Source: Chrysomallon squamiferum
Lineage: Eukaryota > Animalia > Mollusca
Direction: 5' to 3'
Assembly (NCBI GenBank): GCA_012295275.1
Contig: CM022678.1
Span: 9,610,001-9,674,000 of the forward strand
Length of the DNA stretch: 64,000 bases
Shown here: piece after piece, positions 26,796-38,451 of the stretch
How positions within the stretch are numbered: position 1 is the first letter of the stretch
Layout: every line of letters starts with the position of its first letter
The notes under the pieces: model-generated
What the model was told of the DNA's origin: nothing
What the model saw: only the letters and a program-made list of their open reading frames with translations
Database searches by the model: none
Program-made: the position numbers and the translations under genes

Positions 26796-28966
26796 CTTCC
26801 TTCCCTCCAAAATTTTCAATTTACCCACAAATTATGTTATATGTAAAATTCTAAAATAAATTTGTGTGATTTACTAATTAGTAATAATTAAACAATTGGA
26901 CTTTGAACTTAAAAAAATGAACATTTTTTTTCTTTTTTTCATTGGACACCATAATAGTTCAATTACAGTTTATCAAGTATGTTCATTGGTCACATATGGA
27001 ACTTCAAATCACAAATATTATTCTTACAAAAAAATATATAATAAAAAAAACACTAATTCTACAATCTTTCAATGAATTCCGTATTACACAGATTCAGATT
27101 AAATCACTTTAAATAGTTTCTATCAGTCTGAGGTGTTTTTCGAGCACGTCTAGCATATCTTGGGGTAGACAGTATTGGTAGTTGCGGTACATCGTCAACA
27201 GTATCGTCGATGGCATTAGAAGCATCCTCTACGGCATTAGAAGTAACCGTTCTATTTTTGATCTCAGTCTCTTCCACCTGAACGGTTGATTCAACAAATT
27301 CCATTTCAGACTCCGTACCAATTGCAGACAGTTCTGGGGAAGGGTTCCTATTATCCTCCAAATACACACATTTACGAAGTTGATCCACATGTCTTTTACA
27401 TACAAAATCTCTAACTTTCACTCTGTAGGTAACAGGCCCTAGCTGACACAGTACTTTTCCACTCAACCACTTGTCAGATCGTCTGTAGTTCTTCACTTGT
27501 ACTGATCTCCAACATTGAACACCCGTGTTTTACTTGCTTTTGGAATAGTTCTTTTTTTAACAGAGTTCTCCAAACTTGGACCAAAGATATCCAATCTCAT
27601 TCAAACACGTCTGCCAAGAAACAATTCTGATGGAGTACATTTTGTGGAGTGTTCCGATACGCAATAAAAGTAATGATGAAATCTTCTGGTTCATGGTTCG
27701 TGACTCATGTTCAACTGTTTTCATTGCAGTTTTGAAAGTACGAACAGCTCTTTCTGCCTCACCATTTGAACTTGGATCGTATGGAGCTGATTTGATGTGT
27801 TTCACTCCATTTTTCTTAAGAAATGTTTCAAATTCCTCTGCAACAAACTGAGGTCCATTATCAGAAATCAACTGCTCTGGCATTCCATAACTTGTAAAGA
27901 GAATTCTCAATGTCTCTACTGCATGCGTTGCTCTGGTACTGGACATTCGAAAAACTTCCATCCATTTAGAATGTGCATCCACCATAATCATGAACATTTC
28001 TTTCATGTTAATTCATCGTTAATTCATCTTCCACTCTGAAATAAGGTAACAGCTCCGGTGAAATAGAAGACTCTTTTGGCCATCCATACATGTTATAATG
28101 TACAACCCGAGATAATACTTTGTCAACTTCAGTTGCTTTAACAATATTTCTTGCAGTGATAGGTAATCCATTGACTTGATTTCTGATTGCTTGCTTGTCT
28201 TCATGCCAAAACACACTTTCAGATATTTCTTCAGTTTGCAGAAGTGGTAGTCGGGACAGTGCATCAGCATTTTCATTTTTGGTAGTTTTTCTGTATTTAA
28301 TGTCAAACTGATATGCGGCTAACTGAATAGCCCAACGCTGTAGTCGAGAGGCTGTCAGAACAGGAATATTCTTTTTAGAATCATTGTCAGTGGTTTATGA
28401 TCTGTGAACAAAGTAAATCTTCTACCATGCAGGTACTGATGGAACTTGTGTATTCCAAAAATTATTGCCATTGCTTCTTTCTCAATCTGGGAATACTTGC
28501 GTTCTGCTGATGTCAGAGTTCTAGAAGCGCCTGCTATTGGCCTATATGATCCTTCATTTCCATGTTATATTACCGCTCCAAGACCATGCGCAGATGCATC
28601 TACTACCAACATTACTGGTTTCATCGGGTCATAGTGGACAAGAATTTTAGATGATGCTAACAGTTTTCCCACTTTGGAAAATGCTTGCTGACAATCATCA
28701 TTCCATCTCCACTCTGTATCTTTGGTTAACAACGCTGTTAGCGGTGCCACCACTGTTGACATGTTGGGTACGAACTTGCGATAGTAATTCACAATACCTA
28801 ACCACGATTGCAACTCACTCTTGTTCTTAGGTTCAAGCACTTTCAGAATAGCTTCAACTTTTCTTTCAGAAGGTTGAATCCCATTTTTCTTCACAATAAA
28901 TGCAGAGTACTCAACTTCATCTTTCATCAATGCACATTTGGACCTTTTCAGTTGAATTCATTTTCC

Positions 28967-29098
28967 TTTCAAAAATTGCTACGAACAAAACTAACGCACG
29001 CTCTCGGTGACTTCATATAATACTATCTCCCTTATTCCGGTTCCCTTAAACATCGTAAACTGTAACAATGTTAACTATAACACCATTTAAATACAACA
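28967..29098 (-). repeat. Truncated 5' LTR of the Gypsy element
   Basis: The minus strand starts TGTTGTA and is fused directly to RT coding sequence at a shared tttcaa. Confidence 0.8.
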
Positions 29099-31203
29099 GA
29101 AATAAAAGATGGAAATGATAGAAAGAAAAGAAAGAAAGATAAAAAGAAAAAAGGAAGGATAGAAAGATAAGAAAGCAGGAAAGAAAGAAAGAAACGAAAG
29201 AAAATATTCAAACAACTTAAAAAAAGAACAAAAAGAAAGATTAAAAAAAAGAAATAACTAAAGAAACAGAACGAAGCGTGGTACTCTTTAAAGGCAGCAT
29301 TCTTTACAGCCTATATTCAAAATAAAATATAAAATCATTTATGGAAAGCATTGATCAGCAGTATAAGAATTTCCATACTGAATTTGTTCAGTTGATTACC
29401 GAGAAAGAAAGCAGAGAATACTAAATGACTGAAGAAAAAATAAATAAAAGCTTATGCAAGATGCCTTCACTGGTATATATAGAGTGGCCTCCCTTATGCG
29501 AGATGTGTTCACTGGTATATTTAGAGTCTACTCCCTTATGTGAGAAGTGTTCACTACTACATTTAGAATCGCCTCCCCTATGTGAGATGGGTTCACTGGT
29601 ATACTTAGAGTGGCCTCGCCTATGTGCGATGTGTTCACTGCTATTTTGAGTCGACCACTTTGGTAAGATGAGTTCACTGCTATATTTAGAGACGCCACCC
29701 CTATGGGAGACGTGTTTACAAGTGTAGTTAGAGTGGCCTCCCTTATGAGAGATGTTTTCACTGGTATATTTAGACTTCCCTCCCATATTGGAGATGTATT
29801 CACTGGTATACTAAGAATTGCCTCCCTTATGCGAGACGTGTTCACTACTATATTTACAGTTGCTTTCCCTATGTGAGAGGTCTTCAGTGGTACTTTGATT
29901 CGACCCCTTTTGTGAGAAGAGTTCACTGGTATAGTTAGAGTGGCCTCCCTTATGCAACATGTGTTCACTGGTATTAAGAAAATAAGATAGAAAACTCGAA
30001 TACAAAAGCCTAATTAAATAATCAGTGAGAGCAGAATGTTTAAAGTGATTAAAGTATTTCACAAATAAATAATAAAGGAATTGTAACACGAAGAAAAAAG
30101 AAGGAAGGATGGAACGAAAGATAGGAAATAAAAGATGGAAAAGATAGAAAGAAAAGAAAGATAGAAAAGAAAGAAGGAAGGATAGAAAGAAAAGAAAGCA
30201 GGAAAGAAAGAAAGAAGATATTGAAGCAGATTAAAGAATGAACACAAATGAATAAAAAAAAAAAAAAAAAACGTAAAAGAACGAAGAGTGGTACAATTTA
30301 AACACAGCATTCTTTTCAAATTTTATTCATAATAAAACATAAAATCGTATCTGGACTTTATGGATTAGCAGGATAAGAATTTCCATACTGAATTTCTTCA
30401 TATGATTACTCAGATAGAAAACAGAGAATAGAGACTGGCTGAACAAAAAAAAATAAAATAAAAGCTTATGTGAAATATGTTCACTGATATATTTAGAGTC
30501 GCCTCCCTTATGCGAGAAGTGTTCACTTTTATATTTAGAGTTACTTTCCCTATGTGAGAAGTGTTCATGTGTTCACTGGTATACTTAGTTGCCTCCCTTA
30601 CGAGAGATGTGTTCACTGGTTACGAAGAGTTGCCTCCCCAATGTGAAATGTTTTCACTGGTATATCTGGAGTGGCCTCCCTTATGTGAGATGTGTTCACT
30701 GGTATTAAGAAAATAAGATAGAAAACTCGAATACAAAAGCTTAACTAAATAATCAGTGAGAGCAGAGTGTTTAAACTGATTAAAGTATTTCATAAATAAA
30801 TAATAAAGAAATGGTAACATGTAGAAAAAAGAAGGAAGGATGGAATGAAAGATAGGAAATAAAAAGATGGAAAAGATAGAAAGAAAGGAAAGAAAGAAAG
30901 ATAGAAAAGAAAGAAGGAAGGATAGAAAGAAAAGAAAGAAGGAAAGAAAGAAAGAAAGAAAATATTGAAACAGCTTAAAGAATGAACAAAAATGAATAAG
31001 AAAAAGAAAAAAGAAAAAACTAAGGAAACACAACAAAGAGTGGTACTATTTAAACGCAGCATTCTTTTCAGATTTTATTCATAATAAAATATAAAATCGT
31101 ATGTGGACTGCATTGATTATCAGGATAAGAATTTCCATACTGAATTCATTTGATTACTGAGAAAGAAAACAGAGAATACTGACTGACTGAAGAAAAACAA
31201 TCA
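29099..31203. repeat. Composite macrosatellite (GAAA-rich block + unique block + 42-bp minisatellite array), about 3 units running into the gap
   Basis: The landmark ataagaatttccatactgaatt recurs near 29363, 30373 and 31125; gtattaagaaaataagatag recurs at 29971 and 30702. The 42-bp unit gttcactggtatatttagagtggcctcccttatgcgagatgt has about 12 copies (29465-29972) and about 6 copies (30475-30703). Confidence 0.9.
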
Positions 31204-31403
31204 NNNNNNNNNNNNNNNNNNNNNNNNNNNNNNNNNNNNNNNNNNNNNNNNNNNNNNNNNNNNNNNNNNNNNNNNNNNNNNNNNNNNNNNNNNNNNNNNN
31301 NNNNNNNNNNNNNNNNNNNNNNNNNNNNNNNNNNNNNNNNNNNNNNNNNNNNNNNNNNNNNNNNNNNNNNNNNNNNNNNNNNNNNNNNNNNNNNNNNNNN
31401 NNN
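31204..31403. other. Assembly gap (200 N)
   Basis: Run of N. Confidence 1.
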
Positions 31404-32039
31404 ATGTAATTACTTTGATATTTGAGAAATGAAAATTTTAACAGCTGAAATAATGTGAACGCTTCTTCGTCTGCAAGGTCAATTTACTCTTGCATTAGTG
31501 AAGCCCGGTTTTTACAGACGACACTTACTGAGCGGAAGATACCAATTCATGTTAAAAAAAAGGGGTAGAAGCTTTGAAGTTTTCTATAAAAGTTTTGTTT
31601 CTTCTGATAAAAAATAATCGTGAAATGTTTTTCATTCTTGTGGTTAAGTAAAAAGGATTAACATTAACAACTACCTTAACATAGTTTGTGTACAGAATTA
31701 AGTTATAAAATGCTGGTTAGGTTCTCTCACACATGTAGTAATAATAGACACAGCGGCTAGCTTGAAGTGGGACAGAGAAAGATAATATATTTAGCCGCCA
31801 AAATTGTATCGTGTTTAAACTTGAAAAGTGAACTGGCGGTATCAGGTATTTTCGTAAGATATATATAAATAAACTCTAATAATGAAAAACAGCATACAAG
31901 GTGAATATATGATTTTAGGCACGTACACACAGTAGTAATAAAATAATAATAAATATATATCTCTTATCTGTATTAAATAGCTTTATTTCATTTTATTTAA
32001 GTTATATATGTATATATATATATAAATTTCCGATCTAAT

Positions 32040-32746
32040 ACAAATAATAAAATATATAAAGAGACGCTTTTCATCTAAGAAAAGAAAGAAAGAAACTTTT
32101 TTCTACATACGTGTGTATGTATGTGTGAGTGTGTGTGTTATATCTGTGTAACAAATCTCAGTGAGTAAAAGTTATGATTTTCTGTCAGAGAGACTATTAG
32201 TATTAGTATTATATTTTGTATTTATATTTGTTTAAAGTTTCAATAATAAACTAGCTGGAATGAGTGTTTCTTACATATATCATTAATCACATTGAATAAA
32301 ATACTCGAGCGAAAAGGAAGATGTTTTAAGTTACACATCTACACAAACACATATACACATACATACATACACACACACACATACATACCTACACCCACAC
32401 ATATAGACACAGACACACATACACACAATGCACACAGTCACAAACAGTACACCAACACACATACACACAATGCACACGCACACACGTGTACACACTGACA
32501 CACCAGTGTTCATACACTAAATGTACAGTTTAACAGAAGTTTACATTCTGTGTTTACCGAGGCGAAACATACTTGACTCTGTTTAGTCACGTTTTGAACT
32601 CACGCAGTTACACTGTCTACAGAGGAAGGTGGTTTCAACAACAACAAAAAATCTATCAAAAGATCAGATTTTATGAAAATTTATAATAATAATAGTTTTT
32701 GTTATCGTTGTCATTATTATTATTATTATTATTATTAGTACTGTTG

Positions 32747-32781
<35 letters not shown>

Positions 32782-33570
32782 GTAGTTATTGTTGTTGTTG
32801 CTGTTGTTGATGCTGTTGTTGTTGTTATTGTTATTGTCATGGGGCCAGTAGCTAAAATGCTCATTATCATTTTCTGTGTCCTGTTTAAATTACTATGACA
32901 GAGATTAGTATAATACTATATTTATCTATTAGATAAATAACACACCAACAACTTAAGTTTATTAATCTAGAAACATATTTTATAATATTACAAAATAAAA
33001 TAAAAACAACTCAATTATTTACGGGTGTTGGGAAAGCTAATTTAAAAAAAGGAGTCAGTTAACTGAAACGTAGTTGGAGAAGAATAATTATATTACTGTA
33101 AGTTTTAAGTTGTGTATGTCTGTGTTACTGTCTCTCCGTGTGTGTGTGTGTGTGTGCGTGTGTGTGTGTGTGTGTAAAACATATACGCCTTTGATGACAC
33201 AGATTACACTGCAAAATGACAGAACCAAAACAAGTGAGAAAAATATCTAACCGTAACCCGCTGTCAAAAGCTTATCAAAACAAGGTCAGAATTTCGAGGT
33301 TCAGTGAGCTCTATTTCATAAAAGGGCCCACAGGACTGTGCAAAGATTACAAAGTATTAGATTCCTGTAGATATCAATGAAAAAATCGAAATCAAAGAGC
33401 AAGAGAAACCAGCTTAGACTGACACATTTTTAAATATTCTTTTTTCTAGTGTTTATAGTTGTTTTTATTTTCTCTATTTCATATATAGATCACACTATCT
33501 TAAGTCTATACAATAATTATTACTTTACTAAAATTGTCTACAGCTAGCAAACAGAAGAGAAATGTAACTA
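32040..33570 (+). repeat. Duplicated module, paralogous to about 41190-43760 and partly to 37440-38230 and 48200-50050
   Basis: Shared collinear blocks: cttttcat.taagaaaagaaag; tttaccgaggcgaaac..tgact.tgtttagtcacgttttgaa; aacaacttaagtttattaat.tagaaacatatt..tatttacgggt.ttgggaaagctaattt; then the CTAACCC element and tttttctag.gtttatagttg. Confidence 0.85.
33183..33431. repeat. Copy A of the five-copy CTAACCCTAACCC-containing element (candidate ncRNA)
   Basis: Aligns with copies at 37563, 43016, 43250 and 49502. The motif variant ctaaccgtaaccc is at 33247-33259. Confidence 0.85.
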
Positions 33571-33873
33571 CTAAAACACAGATGTTACTGATAATACTAG
33601 AACGAATAATGCTACAACAGCCACTGCAAAAACAAATACTGCAACAACAACTACTAGAACAACTGCTACTGTAGTAACTAATAATTCTACTACAACGACT
33701 AATACTGACACTACAAGTGCTACAACAGCTATTACTGCTACAATTAACAATGTAACTACAACTACAACGACGAATAATTCTGCTGCAAGTACTACAACAA
33801 CTAATACTAAAACTACTACAACAAACAATAATTCTGCTGCAACTACTACAACAACTAATACTAAAACTACTAC

Positions 33874-33994
<121 letters not shown>

Positions 33995-34644
33995 AATGCA
34001 ATTTTTATAAAACAAAATGGAGTTCTTACCAGGTTGGATGTTTTCTAACAAACAGATGACAATGAGGCTGTGTTACCGTAGAAACCAGTTTTCAGTTCTA
34101 TGAGACAAAGACACAAATACGTGATCTAATATACCCGCTTGAAGAGAACTTTGACCATCTCGTGATGGAGATAAAACTCAGGTGAGGTATTTCAGTTACA
34201 CTGCATGGCCTGATTTAGTAAACTGAATAGATTTGATAACACTACTTCTAAGTCTAGCACTCCTACTACTACCATTCTGTTACTAGTGCTTCTAATACTA
34301 CAGTTGTTAATTCAACTCCTGCTTCTACAGCTTTACTACTACAACTACTACTACTACTGTAACTATTTCTATAACAACTATAAATAATGTTACTGATATT
34401 TATTATTGTCTTGGAAACTGAAATTTATTTATGATCAAATGTTTCTGTGTTTAATATTAACAAAATAATTTGTTTAATCTATTTATATTTAGTTATATAT
34501 GTTCAACTCGTGTATAATTTTTTTATTACTAAAACACGTGCTAGCGATAACATGACCTACTCATCTGTTTTGTCAAGAGCAAAGTTTACTTGGTTATCTT
34601 AAATTTATTAGATAGAGATACACTCAGTACAAGTCAGCTTTCTA

Positions 34645-34697
<53 letters not shown>

Positions 34698-34732
34698 ACT
34701 AAACAAACACAAACACGTATATGCAGGTGTAT

Positions 34733-34833
<101 letters not shown>

Positions 34834-34944
34834 TGTTTGGGCATATGCAGGATTTAATTATTACAGAATAATATAACATACGTAATACAAAATAGAACAC
34901 AACATAACATAACATAACATAACGTAACAAAACAATATATAAAC

Positions 34945-35330
34945 TAAGATAATATAATATAATATATATAGAAGCATAAAAACAACAAATTATTTTCAAA
35001 TTAACTTGCGTTTTCATCAGAAAATAACGAACTCAGAGTTTCTAAAAATAGATCTTGGAATTTCCATATCATTTCCGATGACTCACTGTTTTCTGTGTGA
35101 GTAGACTATATAAACGAGTTTTATCACTGCTGGAGAAAATTCTGAAAAATAATAAAAATTCACTGACAGAGACGTTTAGTTATTACGTGCGAGTAAATTA
35201 TAATATTTATTTATATATTATTTTTCTTCTCCCTACATATTTGTTTGTTTGTTTGTTTATTTTTTTTTTTAATTGATTTATCTTCATATTTGTTTGCAAA
35301 TCATGCTGTTTCTCTTCATTTTGTGTCTTA
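34945..35330 (+). repeat. Dispersed duplicated segment, paralogous to about 2775-3120
   Basis: Same core as 2775-3120. On the minus strand it has a pyrimidine-tract acceptor (ttttattatttttcag) and a gtgagt donor. Confidence 0.8.
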
Positions 35331-35495
35331 CTACTACTATTTATATTACCTTAACAACAACAACTACTGTTACTATTACTATTACAGCAACAACTACTAC
35401 TGTTACTATTACTATTACAGGAACAACTACTACTAGTACTACTATACTACTAGTACTACTACTACTACTACTACTACTACTATTACTACTATTAC

Positions 35496-35526
<31 letters not shown>

Positions 35527-35860
35527 TTATCGTGATAAAAGACGTAGTTTATGCAAAACTAACATTGTTTATTTAAGCATATATCAGAACATACACACAG
35601 CGAACGTACACTGAATTATCTATGTACGTAGGACAGACAGACAGACACAGAGTTATCCCAGCTAGAGATCATCACCAGGTCTACACAAATAACCTCACAT
35701 CCTAACAGCAGAGTTTTAATCTAATTATATATGTGTGTTTATAGCAGTGACTTCTTCTGTGTTAGTTTTTAATCAGTTTTGGAATTTCAAACAGTCATTA
35801 TTATTACTACTTCTGCTACCGATGTTACTTAAACTACTTAATAATAATTTCTAAAATTCA

Positions 35861-35909
<49 letters not shown>

Positions 35910-35914
35910 TACTG

Positions 35915-36792
35915 CAGTAGTATTTCACGTGCTCTGTTGATTTTGTAATATGTAAAACATCCTCAACATGGGACAGTAGTAACAGATTTTGTAGTATGTA
36001 AAACATCGTCAACATGTGACACCATTGACAGATTTTGTAATATGTAAAACATCATCAACATGTGACACCATTGACAGATTTGTAATATGTAAAACATCAT
36101 CAACATGGGACACCATTAACAGATTTGTAATATGTAAAACATCATCAACATGTGACAGTATTAACAGATTTTGTAATATGTAAAACATCAACAACATGGG
36201 ACACCATTAACAGATTTTGTAATATGTAAAACATCAACATGGGACACTATTAACAGATTTTGTAATATGTAAAACATCGTCAACATGGGACAGCATTAAC
36301 AGATTTTGTAATATGTAAAACATCGTCAACATGGGACAGTATTAACAGATATGTAATATGTGAAATATCGTCAACATGGGACAGCATTAACAGATATGTA
36401 ATATGTGAAACATCGTCAACATGGGACAGCATTAACAGATTTTGTAATATGTGAAACATCGTCAACATGGGACAGCATTAACAGATTTTGTAATATGTAA
36501 AACATCGTCAACATGGGACAGTATTAACAGATATGTAATATGTGAAACATCGTCAACATGGGACAGCATTAACAGATTTTGTAATATGTAAAACATCGTC
36601 AACATGGGACAGTATTAACAGTTTTGCAGTGGGACACACAGCGGACCCTTCTGGATACATACCCGGCTAATTTCAAGCAGTTTCTCGAGGTTCTGAATCC
36701 ACTGTCCCTTTAGAACACAACGTGTTGTATGAGGTTGTCGAAGTTCTAAATGCAGTGCTGAGTTCTAACGACGTCATACAGACTGTCCATTG
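35915..36792 (-). pseudogene. Possible PAN/apple-like pseudo-exon interrupted by a 46-bp minisatellite
   Basis: With the array collapsed to one unit, the minus frame reads ...NCLKLAGYVSRRVRCVSHCKTVNTVPC*RCFTYYKINRA(R)EILL. The C-x3-C...C..F.Y.....(C).L spacing is PAN-like. Several stops. Confidence 0.4.
35938..36621. repeat. 46-bp minisatellite, about 15 copies
   Basis: Unit ttaacagattttgtaatatgtaaaacatcgtcaacatgggacagca. Confidence 0.97.
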
Positions 36793-37514
36793 TGTAATGA
36801 TAATATTTATTTTTATTTTTTGTCACTTGATGAATTTATTATTTTGTTAGCATCTAGTTATCTGATGTTTCTTTTTATTTATAAACTGTATCGCTATTTT
36901 TAAACTTTGCTGTTGCTGCTGTTATTATTTAATTATTTAGTATTTATTTATTTATTGACTGATTGATTTTTTATCATTGTTTTCTTTTGATTTTATAGAT
37001 GGTTACTCAGTTTATATTTTATGTCGGTTTAGTCAAATCTCTCTTCTGAACAGTTACGATTATCTAGTTCTGTTTATAATTGTGCAGTAATTTAAAATAA
37101 ATAAATAAATTTAAAAAGGATAGAATTGTAAAATTAACTGAGTTATGTTTTATGTTTGATTATTTCAGATGATTTTGGGTGCCAAGATGACTGTTAAGTA
37201 GCTGGATTAAGAAAAACCTCTGAAAATGTGTTAATGTATTTTTCTTATTTCTAGATATATAAAAATATATTTGCAGAAAGCTTTGTTTGAACTGAAAATA
37301 GAAAACTACTATTAGTATTTTACTACTAATCAGTGTGAACTATCCTAAAAATGTGAGCTTCTTCATTCAGACGATTCTAAAATAACAACAATATCAATAC
37401 CAGTAAAAGTACTACTAGTACTAGTACAACTAATAATAATAATAAGAAGAAGAAATCACTCAACTAAAACCGAATTAGAGAAAAATAATCATATTACTAT
37501 AAGTAATAAGTTGT

Positions 37515-37555
<41 letters not shown>

Positions 37556-37562
37556 AAATATT

Positions 37563-37803
37563 ATACGCCTTTAATGACACAGATTACACAGCAAAATTTC
37601 TCAACAAGTGAGAAAAAATCTAACCCTAACCCGCTGTCAAACGCTTATCAAAACAAGGTCAGAATTTCGAGGTCCACTAACCTCCATTTCATAAAAGGGC
37701 CCACCGGACTGTGCAAAGATTACAAATTATTAGATTCCTGCAGATATCAGTGAAAACATCGAATTCAATAAGCGAGAGAAGCCAGCCTAGACTGACACAT
37801 TTT
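37563..37803. ncRNA. Copy B (best preserved) of the CTAACCCTAACCC-containing element; candidate structured ncRNA
   Basis: Perfect CTAACCCTAACCC at 37620-37632, directly preceded by the hairpin tttctca/tgagaaa. Complementary pairs cgcttat/ataagcg, gaatttcga/tcgaattc, gaggt/acctc and gtcc/ggac. T-runs at both ends. The repeat is certain; the ncRNA status is not. Confidence 0.3.
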
Positions 37804-38451
37804 AAAACTTTGTTTGTTTGTTACACAAAACCCGCCATAGCTAATTATCTTAATTCTACAATATTAAAACTTTGTTTATTTTGCTTATCACCACATCTGT
37901 TTTATCTCAATTCTTAAATGTTAAAACTTTTTATGTTTATTTACTTATTATAATTACTAACACACAAGCACTCCACACACACACACACACACACACACGA
38001 TGACTTTTTTCTTGTTTATAGTTACTTTAGAGTTTTTCTGTGATACATATAGACTTCACAATCTTAATAATAATAATAAAAAGATTATATACATATAAAC
38101 ATTATTACTTTATTAAGATTGTCTGTGCCTGGTATACAGAAGAGAAATGTATCTACTGAAAAACAGTCTCATAGATATCCGTTTTTAAGTTTATAACAAA
38201 GACAACCTTAAATATCCGCTACCATCCGCTAGTAGAAAATTGCTATTACTACTTTTTCTGGTGTGTTTTTTTATATCATTTTCTTGTTTTGTTTTTTTAT
38301 ATTTGTTTATGTTTTCACATACATGATACATTTTATAACTACATACAAAAGCGTTCAGGGTGTATACAAAAATAAGAACAATAAAATACATTTCTAAATC
38401 TGTATATGTGTATCTGACCTGGATGAATATATGTATGCATGTATGTATACA

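Larger units (their letters stand above)
26606..29098 (-). mobile_element. Internally deleted, decayed Ty3/Gypsy LTR retrotransposon
   Basis: Domain order RT C-terminus, RNase H, integrase: ELQSWLGIVNYYRKFVPNMSTVVAPLTALL; DASAHGLGAVI; [34 protein letters not shown]; VDAHSKWMEV..ISDNGPQF..SSNGEAERAV; GPVTYRV. LTRs at about 26606-26795 and 28967-29098 (truncated). Polypurine tract ggagggaaggaag (minus) at about 26796-26808. Multiple frameshifts; gag and protease are absent. Confidence 0.93.

Noticed and set aside
26601-29103. aaaat/gaaat as the Gypsy target-site duplication
   Set aside because: A 4/5 match in very AT-rich DNA, and the two flanks belong to different sequence contexts.
37620-37632. 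Interstitial telomere or chromosome-healing site
   Set aside because: Only about two repeat units, always embedded at the same position in a larger duplicated element.
37563-37803. Firm annotation as telomerase RNA, snRNA, SRP or RNase P/MRP
   Set aside because: I could not find the diagnostic motifs (triple-helix pseudoknot, P6.1, Sm-site context, SRP helix 8, P4 consensus). Kept only as a candidate.
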